Assembly: GCA_905331295.1 (NCBI GenBank)
Contig: CAJNYD010000061.1
Coordinates: 1,877 to 65,876, forward strand
Direction: 5' to 3'
Source of the DNA: Rotaria socialis
Lineage: Eukaryota
Length of the DNA: 64,000 bases
Under the pieces are notes generated by a model that worked only from the letters and a program-made list of their open reading frames with translations, was not told where the DNA came from and made no database searches. The translations under genes and the position numbers were made by a program. Shown here in pieces: positions 52,826 through 64,000 of this stretch. Positions within the stretch are counted from its first letter, which is position 1; the number at the start of each line of letters is the position of its first letter.

Positions 52826-55800
52826 ATGGATGATACTGGATTTCGAGCTGAATATGCTAAATCAGATCGATCAACGTGTAAAGGATGTCGATCAACCATA
52901 GACAAAGATTCCCTTCGACTTGCTATTATGGTTCAATCACCAAATTTCGATGGAAAAGTATTCAATTTAAATATTGTTCTAACACAAAGAAAATGAAAAT
53001 ATTTATCATTTAGATTCCGAATTGGTATCATATGGGATGTTTCTTTAAAAAGGTGAAACCTGCTGATGCACAAATAATAAAAGGTTTTGATGATCTTCGT
53101 TGGGATGATCAAGAAAAAATTCGTAAAAAAGTTGATGGAACAACATCAACAAATGAATCAAGTGATTAGAAAATATTTAAAAAGAAAAGAGCTATTCCCA
53201 AAACAAAAGAAAACCATTTTTCGCCTAGATGTTAAATCAGATGAAACAGACGGTGGTTCAAATAACTTCAGTGCAGAATACGCTCGATCTAATCGAAGTA
53301 CATGTCATGGTTGTAATGATAGAATTGACAAAGATCTTGTTCGTTTGTCAAGAAAAGTTTCAACAAGTCACACTTCTGTTCTCACCGATCAATGGTATCA
53401 CGTTGATTGTTTCAAAGAACAAAAAGATGAATTAAATTTTGATGGAACTGCCGAAACGTTTGTTTTCTCTTTTATATTTTGTTATTGATTCGTTTTTTCT
53501 CTAAAATTTTATTTTCATATATTTAGATTTTTAGGTTTTAATGAACTTAATAAAGAAGATCAAACTGAATTGAAAAAAAAGTTTGGTTCATCAACTATCA
53601 GCCGAAAACGTAAAGGTGATAAAATATCAAGTTCAACCAATGAAATTGGTGATGTACCAAAAACTAAACAATCTAAAACAGAAGATAACAATGAACCGAT
53701 GTCTGAACAAGAAGAAATTCATCAAAAAAAAGTTTTTCATATTGTTTTGCATAGAAAATTTAGTTTTACTTTTCGTTTTATTTTCTTAAAGGAACAAAGT
53801 GAATTACTTTGGAAATATAAAGATTCTCTAAGAAAAGAAGTACCAAATGAGGTTTTAAAAGAATTATTGGAAATTAATCAACAAAAAATTGTTTCTGGAG
53901 AATCACATGTAATATCAATTATTGCATAGGGATTTTACATTCATTTTTTATTTTGAAAACATTTAGTTAATTGATACAGTTGCTGATTGCATGGCATTTG
54001 GTACATTAGAACATTGTCCTGAATGTGGAGGATTTCTTATTTTCAAGTAAAGTTGGTCCGTTTTGAAATTTTTTCTTTTCGAACTGAATTATCGTAATTT
54101 TAGTTATACATGTTATCGTTGTACTGGTGATGTCACAGAATGGACGAAATGTAGTTATTCAACTAGAACACCAACAAGAAAACCATTTGATATACCTAAT
54201 GATATTAAAACTGAATACGATGCGTTGTAAATATTTCTTTTTTCTCTTTATTTCTGTTGATATTTCAATTTTTTCCAATTTTTCTTTAGTAAATCATACA
54301 AATATAAAAAACGTGATCGAATTTTAGCAAAAGTAATTGAGAAACAAGTAACAATTAGTAAAACACCTGACGTGTCACGAGTTATTCAAGAGTAAGTTTT
54401 ATTTTTTCCAATGACAAAACATATCTTCCTTGGATCTGAATGTTATTTATTGAAAAAGAAGATAAATTCAACTAATGACAAATTTCTTAGGGAGGAATAA
54501 GAAATAGAATTCACTCGCTCTTTTCAAAACATTTAAGGCAAATATTAATGACTGCTGTTTTACGATTTTACTGGTGGTTTCTTTTGTAATGGAATATTTG
54601 TATATCTTTTTTTTACTCGAATTGAATTCTTATGATTAAAAAACGAACAACATTGCTTTAGACCAATATATGATTCAAATTTACCACTTACCGGCTATAC
54701 TATATCATCGGCTGGTCGATTATCAATTTCGGTTGCAACCATTCAAAAAGAAGTTGAACGATTAGGCGGAACATTTTCATCTAAAATTGATCAAACTGTT
54801 GGAATTGTTATTAGTTCGAAAGGTAGTTTGATTTTTTTACGAATTTTCATTCGATAATTTTTGTTTTGAATATCAGATGAAATACAAAAAATGGGTAAAA
54901 AACTGCAAGAAGCACAAATATTAAACATTCATATTGTATCAGAAGAATTTTTAAATGAAATAAAAAAGGATCGTCCATCAATACTCATGGAAAAATGGAA
55001 AATCTCTACATGGGGAATCTTACCTCATATTCGACAGCAAACAAAAGCAGATGAAGAAGCAAAAATGAAATCTGTACGACAATCATTGACAACAGCATCA
55101 ACTAAATCTGATTGTAAATTTTCAATAAAACCAAAACTCAAAACATTGAATCTTACTTTTTTTAAGCTCATTCAAAAAAATCAGTACCAGATAAAATGAA
55201 GTTAAAATTAAAAGATGGAGCTGCTGTTGATCCCGATTCAGGTTTTATCTATACAAAAACATTTTATTAAAAAAAAAGTATTTTATTAAAAAAGGTCTTG
55301 AAGATACTTGTCATGTTCTTAAAGATACCGAAACAAGTGAAATATTTTCGGCCGTACTTGGTCTTGTTGATATAACACGTGGAACAAATTCTTATTATAA
55401 AATGCAATTACTTGAATCAGATAATGGCCGACAATGGTTTGTCTTTAGAGCATGATAAGTGTTTCGTTGTCATTTTTATTTATTTTCTCTTAATTATTTT
55501 GTTCTTGATGATTTTTTATACGGGTCGAACAGGTACAATCTATGGTGGAAATAAAATTGATGAATATAGTCGACGAACAGATGCAATCAACGCCTTTCAT
55601 GTATTATTTCTTGATAAAACAGGTAATGATTGGTCGGATAAGAAAAATTTTCAAAAGTTACCAAACAAACATTATCCACTTGAAATTGATTATGGACAAC
55701 ATGCCGATAATGATGAGATGCGAAAACTACTGGAAAGTGCTAATTTAAATATTCAATCAAAATTACCAAATCCAGTTCAAGATCTTGTTAAAATGATTTT

Positions 55801-57362
55801 TAATGTTGAAACAATGCAACAGGCGTTGCTAGGATTTGAAATCGATTTAACTAAAATGCCATTAGGAAAACTATCGAAAAATCAATTAGATAAGGCTTAC
55901 AAAGTTTTAACAGAATTACAAACTTTGATTACTAGTGGGACTATGACATCAAAGACAGCTATTATTGATGCAAGTAATCGATTTTATACTTGTGAGTAAC
56001 TAAACATATTATTTATTCATTTTTCATTTCGTTTAAATTGATTCAGCCAATAATTCCAGTGTGCTACAAACTGTTAATTTATTGTATTTCAGAGATAAAA
56101 ATAAAATGAACTCTTTGACACGTTCGAAAATCGATTGAAAGAAAAACAAAATACTAAATTAAAAATTAAAAATTAAAAATTTTCTCGCTTCATATAATTT
56201 TACTTTCTTTTCAAAGTAAACTAAACTTAAATCAAACTAGAAACGAATTTCAACGTTTAAATCTAATCGATATTCAATAGAAATAGATTGTCTATTAGAG
56301 GAAATCAAGAAATATTTTCGTATCAGCTAATAAACACTTGATTCTATTAACTTTAGTGATTCCTCATGATTTTGGTTTGGCTTCACCACCATTACTTGAT
56401 AATGTTGAATTGATAATATCTAAAACTGATATGATTGATAATTTACGTGAAATCGAAATAGCTTATTCAATGTTAGATCAATCAAATAATACCATTGAAA
56501 GTAGTGAACATCCAATAGATGCTCATTATAAGAAATTAAAATGTGATCTTGAACCGGTGGATCATAATTCAGAAGAATTTAAAATTATTGAAAAATATAT
56601 GATAAATACTCATGCTAAAACGCACGATCAATATATATTGAAATTACGTGAATTATTTAAAACTGTACGTGAAGGAGAATTTGATCGTTTCAAGAAATTT
56701 CAAACACTTGATAATCATCAATTATTATGGCACGGTTCACGAACAACTAATTTTGCTGGTATACTTAGTCAAGGTTTACGTATTGCACCACCTGAAGCAC
56801 CTGTCGTATGTTTTATTTCTTTTTTTTCCTCATTAATATTTGTTTTCAAAATTATATCTTAGACTGGTTATATGTTTGGTAAAGGTGTTTATTTTGCTGA
56901 TATGGTTTCCAAAAGTGGTAAGTTAAAATTTTAGTTATTTAAATATAATCTCAACACATAATTTAGCAAATTATTGTTTCACATCAAAACAATCTCCTGA
57001 AGGATTAATGCTTTTATGTGAGGTAGCACTTGGAAAAATTCATGAATGTTATAAAGCAACAGCTTTATCTGCATCAACTCTACCATCTGGTACTCATTCA
57101 ACAAAAGGTTGTGGATCAACAACACCAAATCCGAAAGGTTCAATTTATTTTGAAAATAAAATGTTTTTAATTAAAATTTAATTAATTTTTTTATACAATA
57201 GAATATTATTATACAAATGATGGTGTACTTATTCCGATGGGTCAAGGTGTTCCAGCAGATATCCGACAAACTTCATTATTGTACAATGAGTACATCGTCT
57301 ATAATACTGATCAAATCAACATGAAATATCTTTTACGTATTGATTTTCAATATAAATATTAA
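52826..57362 (+). CDS. PARP1: Poly(ADP-ribose) polymerase 1 (ZnF1, ZnF2, Zn3, BRCT, WGR, regulatory, catalytic)
   Basis: [75 protein letters not shown] triad intact. Confidence 0.98.
55455..55521 (+). other. 67-nt AT-AC intron in PARP1 (ATAAGT donor)
   Basis: TTT AGA GCA TG|ATAAGT...TTTTATAC|G GGT CGA ACA restores FRAWGRTGT. The unspliced frame hits TGA. Confidence 0.9.
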
Positions 57363-59160
57363 TAAATAATTTGTTTTATTTTTCTCTAACTTGAAAAAAT
57401 TATAGATTCCATATTTTTTCTCATCTTTTATTTTGTGATATATAAACACAGGAGAGAAAAGAAAAACTTGATTATGAAAGAAGAACTACTCTTTCCTTTT
57501 GATTTATTTCTACTATGTTATTTCCTTTAATGTTCAATGATTGACCAGAATTTAACTTGAGAATAAATCATGAAAAATGAAGATACATTTTGTTTCTTTT
57601 CTTAAATTTTTGTAATTAACATTTCAAAATGACGATCATTTGATCTGTTTTATTTTACAAATCATAGGTGATCATTTCTTTTAGAATGCATTTCGAATAT
57701 TATCCATCAGTGAAGAAAATATTCCTTCAATCTATGTGCTTGAATTTATCAATAGAATGATGCAACGATATATTATGTAAATTGTATATGCACAATCGTT
57801 TTCTTCATTCACTCAATACGAGACTATCAGATTTTAATTATCTGTCACTTCAACATTATAGAAATCATTCAGAAACATCGAAAAGAATCCTAGAGGTTTG
57901 AAACATTGTTGAAATTAGTTTAAACCGAGACATGAATCAATCGTATCATTTACTTTTATTTTGTTGTTCATCAACTAATTGTTTAGCAATGAGTGAATAA
58001 AAAAAAAACGTTACTTTTCAAAAATATTCTTTTCCCGTGTTTAAAGTCGACACTGATCATCCATAATTTGAATTTAATCAGTTAATTTCAATTCTATGAT
58101 TGAAAATATCAACTGATTTATTCAAAGACAATAGTTAAACATTGCTGAATATAGCAAGCATCAAATGATAGAAGAAAACGTAGTGATCAGAAGCTACCCA
58201 AAATGCACACTACTGAGCATTGAATCTCAATATAGAAAAAGCTCACGATCTATTTTTATGCTCTCATCAAGGCGATTGCAATTTAAAATAATTGTCGATA
58301 GGATAAATGCCTGATCGATTGTGACTAAGATACATTTAAAATATGAGATTCATTTATGAATAGTAGTGGATCATTATTTGAACTTCTATTTGTAATACTT
58401 TTCCGTATATAATCTGTTCTAATAACTTCATTGACTTTTGACAACGAATTGATTTTTGTTAGTTCAAAAGCTCTTCAATGAGCAGTGTTCACACAGACAA
58501 CGGATACGAATTGATACATTTTAGAAGAAACATACCAGAGTAATTTCTTATTGTGTAAATACCACAGAGAACACGATTATTTTGAAGAACAGTTTTTCTG
58601 ACCTTCACTCTGATAATTAGAAGTTTTTTCCTCTGAAGATTTGTAGGCCAGTGTGATTTTCACCGAAATTAAGATCACAGGAATTTGGCGATGAGACTTT
58701 CGGCAATCTCTGTCATCAATTGTTAAGATTAACTTTAATGATCGAAACTATCATTGCTTCTTAGAAATGATATTCTCAGTATTACAAATCATCTCAGCTT
58801 ATAGCTTTCAGTACTTATTCGACCACGCAATTGTACATAGATGAAGAACTTTAATGTCTACTTTGAATGAAGAGCCAAGTTAGTGACTAATTTAAAACAA
58901 AAGACAGTCAGAAGATATGCAACGACCTGGATTTCACAATTAAGAAATGCTGATGCAGCACACCTACTGGAAAATCAAATCAAATTGTTCTATAAAATAG
59001 CATTGGTTAAAAATAAGTAACCAATAGAAGATGCATGATTCTATATAGAGGTTTGTTTTTATCTTATTCTATACGGTTAAACATCACGTTATTATTATTT
59101 TAGTAATTTCGTTCCTGTTAATATATTCATTCAAAGTGTCTTTATTTTCAGATCTTCATC

Positions 59161-59913
59161 ATGCCTAAATCTAAACGATCACAACGTATAACAATATCGA
59201 AATCATCAAAAAAATTGAAAGCAAATCGTGGTCTTGAACTAAAACAAGAATTAGTTAAAAAGATTCGTTCACGCTTTGATGAATGTTCACATTTATTTGT
59301 TGTTCGTCTTTATAATGAACGTACGGAAAAATTACAAACAGTTCGTGCACATTTTCCACCGTCTGAATCATCTTTTTTTTTCTTTGGAAAAAATCGTGTG
59401 ATGCAATTGGCTTTAGGACGAACACCAGCAACAGAATATTTACCATCATTAGCAAAAATATCTCCGTATCTTGTTGGAAAAGTTGGTTTAATGCTAACAA
59501 ATCGATCACCTCAAGAAGTTTTAGAATATTTTAATAAATTAGAAATGCAAGATTACGCAAGAGCAGGAAATCATGTTAAAGAAACTGTTGTGATTGATGA
59601 AGGACCATTAGATGGTTTTCAGCATACAATGGAACCTTTATTACGGTCTTTAGGTTTAATGACAACTTTGAAAAAAGGCATTATTCATTTACTTCAACCA
59701 TATACTATTTGTTCAAAAGGTGATGTTTTAACGCCTGAACAAGCAAAGTTATTGAAACTATTTCAACGTCCATTAGCACAATTTAAAATAAAAGTTAAAG
59801 CACATTGGAATAAAAAAAATGAACAAGTCCAAGTGTTCGATTTACAAGACGAAGATGATGAAGATGCTGATCAAGAAGCAGAAGAAATGATTGAACAAGA
59901 TGATGAAAATTAA
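59161..59913 (+). CDS. MRTO4: mRNA turnover protein 4 homolog (60S assembly factor), intronless CDS
   Basis: MPKSKR..., FFFGKNRVMQLALGRT, DYARAG, MEPLLRSLGL, GDVLTPEQAKLLKL, acidic tail. Confidence 0.96.
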   Translation: MPKSKRSQRITISKSSKKLKANRGLELKQELVKKIRSRFDECSHLFVVRLYNERTEKLQTVRAHFPPSESSFFFFGKNRVMQLALGRTPATEYLPSLAKISPYLVGKVGLMLTNRSPQEVLEYFNKLEMQDYARAGNHVKETVVIDEGPLDGFQHTMEPLLRSLGLMTTLKKGIIHLLQPYTICSKGDVLTPEQAKLLKLFQRPLAQFKIKVKAHWNKKNEQVQVFDLQDEDDEDADQEAEEMIEQDDEN

Positions 59914-61647
59914 TTTTCGCTTTTGCTTTTTTTGTTATTTCGAACGAGTCTATTAAAATCTTCTGCTAAAAACCATCATAGTGATGGTTTTAAACTGTTT
60001 TGAAATATTTATTCCTTCAATTATTGATCATACATTGCTTGAAACATGTTTCGCAAACAAATTATCAAAATAGATTTTTGTCTATAACTTTTTTCAAGCG
60101 AAGATAGAAAATTAAAACAGAAAATCACAATTAGCATTTTCAAAGATTTTCGGAGTGTGGCATATATTTACAGCTCAGAAGATGTGCGTGCCAATTCTAA
60201 AATACAAACGACGATTCGATGACATTAAATCTATCTAGACAGTGTTTATGTTCGAGTCGATTTTGATTAAAGCATTCATATCTGTATTCACTGCATTATT
60301 GCATCAGAAACTTTATTAATCTATGTCAATTCTGTAGTAGTATATTCGTTTGCTTCAGTAATTGTTAATATCACGGTGCACTAACTATAGTGAATCAATA
60401 TACATCCAATAGGACATTAATGAAAATTTCGAAAACCCTTCAGGATCATCATTACAGACTAAACGGAAGAAACCTATTTCGAATTAAAATATTGATAGTT
60501 CCCTGATTATCTATGTCAGAAGATCGTTGTTGTAGTATTGACAACGATGAACGATGATGACACTTGCATCATGTGCAATATTCGACGGATGAATAGAATC
60601 GATACATATTCTAGCACTCGTTATTTTACTCGACGAGCCTAACCTCTATGTATATTTCTACCGTTACACTTAATATAGTAGTGATCCATCTCCCATCATG
60701 TCAAGAGACTAATACTAAAGATCATTCGCTCGGAAAATACCGCTTCTATAGTAATGAGCTATCAAGATGATTCTTTCTGCTTATTAGTTTATCGAAGATA
60801 AAGGAAACCATCAATTACTACATTGACAATAATCATCAGTATTACAACTGCAATTGAACTGGCACCTAGTTTTTTACATTTATGGTAAATTTAATGAACA
60901 GTTGATCTTATGTGATTAAAACAGCATTTCTATTTGAAGATGAGTAATACAGCTGATGGCCACTATTTAAAAATTATAAAAAGTCAAAATAATTGATATT
61001 TTCGTGAGAATACAAAAAGAGAACCAAAATGTTTTTTTTTCCTCCTAATAATAATTTTATATTGTAACTAGCCGCCTTGCAATCATACTAAATTTAATGG
61101 AAAATTAGGTTCTTTGAGTTTTTATAAAGTAATTCATCTGTCCCTAGATCTGACCATTGTATAATTCCATTAGATAAATGATATGAATTAACCAACATGG
61201 AATACGACAGATAGAATTCTGTTATCTACAGCGTACAATAAGAAAATGCATAGAATCAATGAACCAAAGTGACATCTGTCGGAAGACAAACGTTTCGTTT
61301 CTCCAATGGAAAAAAATAAATAGTTAATCATTGAAATCCGCCCGATGGTGATGATGATGACGATTATTTATCGATTCGCACTTGGCTGTTGACTGATTGT
61401 TTGTTTTTTGTTTGTTGAGTTACTCTTTGATTCATCAATACAACTTACCTTGAGTAAAAAAACGATGACGGAAGGAGACGAAAATGGCATTTTCAAAATG
61501 CCATAACTGCATATATTTGTGACACTTGCATATTCTTCTATGTAAATTTTCTTATCAGCATTGAATAGATTCATACTCGTATAGATTTTATATTTTCTTG
61601 CTATTTTCATTGTAGATATTTATTTATTTATTTCAAGCTAATTGACA

Positions 61648-62460
61648 ATGAGTGGTAATAAAGGTGGTGTATTATCTCGAGTATTTGGTGGTTCGTCAAA
61701 AAGTGGTGCTAAAACAAGAACAGCTCAAACACCACAAGAAGCTATACAACAGTTGCGTGATGTTGAAGATGTTCTAAATAAAAAAGTTGAACATTTAGAG
61801 GGGAAAATTAATGAAGAAACAGCAATAGCTCGTCGTGATGCAAGAACAAATAAACGTAGTGCATTGAATGCACTCAAAAGAAAAAAACGTTTAGAAAAAA
61901 CATTACAACAAATCGATGGAACTTTAACAACACTTGAATATCAACGTGAAGCTTTACAAGTAAATCAATAATAAAAACAAAAATCCAATTTATGAACAAG
62001 ATTCTGATTTTTGTAGAATGCTTCAATGAATGGTCAAGCATTTAATGCACTTAAAAGTGCAACAAGTGCTTTAAAAAATGTTCATAAAGAACTTGATGTT
62101 GATAGTGTTCAAGACATTATGGATGAATTAGCTGAACAGCATGAATTATCAAATGAAATTGCTACTGCTATTTCAAATCCTGTTGGTATGATTTATTCAC
62201 TTCGTTTTTATTAAATAGGAAATTTTGCTCAGGTTAATTATATACTGATGAAAATAATATTTTTAGGATTTGGTGCTGAAATCGATGAATTGGAATTGGA
62301 AAATGAATTGGCTCAATTAGAACAAGAAGCGATCGCAAAAGAAATTTCTCAAATTGATTTACCATCAGTTCCAGCACCAGCATATGCCCAACCAGCCGCT
62401 GCAGCATCTAGCAGAGCAAAGAAAGATGAACTGGCTGAATTAGAACAGTGGGCATCATAA
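61648..62460 (+). CDS. CHMP4: ESCRT-III subunit CHMP4/Snf7/Shrub (3 exons: ~61648-61959, 62017-62185, 62267-62460)
   Basis: TPQEAIQQLRDVEDVLNKK, ALNALKRKKRLEKTLQQIDGTLTTLEYQREAL, LAELEQWAS. Confidence 0.96.
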
Positions 62461-64000
62461 AATATTTGCTTTTCTCTTTCGATTTAAAAAACAAAACAAA
62501 AATAATTAAAAGACCGGTTGTTGCCAGTGCATTTCCTCCTTTTTTTTGTTGTTGTCTTCTCGTGTCTTACATCATTTATGTTTCTGTTCATTTTTTCGTA
62601 CATGTAAACGTGTGTCTCTTCAACCAATATGATTTATATAAAACACAAAGGTTCTATTAGTTATTTCACAACAGAAGTGTTCTACTTCAAAGAGAAAATT
62701 TCGTTGATTTCTATATTGATCATTATATATTCTAGACTAGCTCGGTTGTTTCATGCTGCTCTGTATAATTATGTACTTTTCCTTTTCCTTTTCCTTTTTT
62801 TTATATTTATTCTTTAAATCTGTATAACATCAACAAGATCAATGATGGAGAAAATAAAATAGATATTTCCCGTTCTTTTGGGATTTTTATTTTTTATTTT
62901 TATACTTTTATTCTTTCATTTTTTATTCGTTGTATTTTTTATTTATTTGACATTATGTGCGATGGATTCAATTAATCAGATTTATCCTATTATTATCTTT
63001 TAACATTTTTGCTTTGTCCTATTTTGATATATTTTATACTAGTGTTTATTTTACAACAGGCTGCTATCTTGATTTCTATTCTAGAGCGAACTTTTTATAA
63101 GCAATATCATTCTAATGCAGGAAGAAATATAATTAATTTCGTATAGTTAAGCTATTTGAAATAGGCTAATAGATAAAAGGTATCTGTTGTTCAGCTGTCC
63201 ATAATCCTATCTATAATTGTAAATTTCTTTAGATAAAAATCGTTTATACATATACTATTTACTATCACATGAATCAGCGAAATAAAACTATTTTATAATT
63301 TTTTTGATAATTCTTATTTTTTTAAAGTATATAATCTAACATTAAACTAATATTTTTGAGAATTGATTTTTAAATTTACTTATGAAACATTGAAACCATT
63401 AGTTTTTGTCTCGTGTAGATTCATTGTATGACATGATAGGAATTCTATTCGTTGATTCTCTTTCTGTTATATTCCCTAAAAATAATTTATGATTTAATTA
63501 TATTTTATTGTGTTTTAATTTTTGCATTTTTATCTATTTTAGATTATCGATTATCATATATTTGACATTCTTATTATTAGCTATTACTATTAAGAATTCT
63601 TAGACATTTCTAAAGTTTTTCGTGAATGTTAAAAATCAAATACTTCTACCATTGGAAAATATTTTCAAACAATTCCTTTCCTATGTCTATTCAGATCACA
63701 TTATATAATAATTAAATCATTTCTTGACTTATTGCTAATTTCTTATAGGATCTGCCAATGCTTCCATTGCTATGATTAGCTAATCATACTTGTGATAAAT
63801 ATTGAACACCTTACAATATGATTTAGATGAACTATTGAAATTTTCTAAATTTGTTCAATAAATAATTGAATACGATCATCTTTTGATTAAGCAAGATATA
63901 ATAGATCAAATAAAAGTCTATAGATATTTTTCCAGATATGAATTGCTTATCTACTGATATTGATACTCATTTTCCAGTTGCTGGCTGTCTACCTAAACAG

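Noticed and set aside
57650..57870. Faint hAT dimerisation-like peptide on the - strand (also faint hAT-like traces at ~26950-27270)
   Set aside because: Too degenerate to support without a profile search.
61368..61610. Minus-strand ORF with a GTAAGT donor upstream of CHMP4
   Set aside because: No coherent downstream exons or homology could be traced. Possibly non-coding.
62950..64000. Patchy hydrophobic coding-like fragments on the + strand
   Set aside because: Stops in all frames and no recognisable family.

Overview
AT-rich, intron-dense eukaryotic (animal) DNA with typical 50-65 nt introns. The style is most consistent with a bdelloid rotifer (inference, not verified). Spliced genes, in order: single-RRM Musashi-like gene (-), ATP synthase gamma (+), DNA primase small subunit PRIM1 (+), two LOTUS/OST-HTH genes with a stop-containing duplicate of a LOTUS first exon between them (-), Shaker-type Kv channel (-), DHX9/RNA helicase A (-) hosting an antisense ubiquitin-like ORF in an intron, a Cys-rich secreted protein (-), a divergent BAF-like gene (+), PARP1 (+), MRT4 (+) and CHMP4/Snf7 (+). 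Many transposon remnants, several nested: LINE fragments, solo LTR in a MITE, piggyBac derivative, hAT in hAT, foldback, CACTA/CACTG carrying a LINE, and Tigger. Highlights: two AT-AC introns (a textbook U12-type in PRIM1 and an ATAAGT/U2-like one splitting the WGR Trp codon of PARP1); a LOTUS-only gene cluster; the nested UBL ORF; an operon-like ATP-gamma/PRIM1 junction; and a recurring CTCF-like motif about 200-370 bp upstream of many start codons. Exon boundaries were read by eye.
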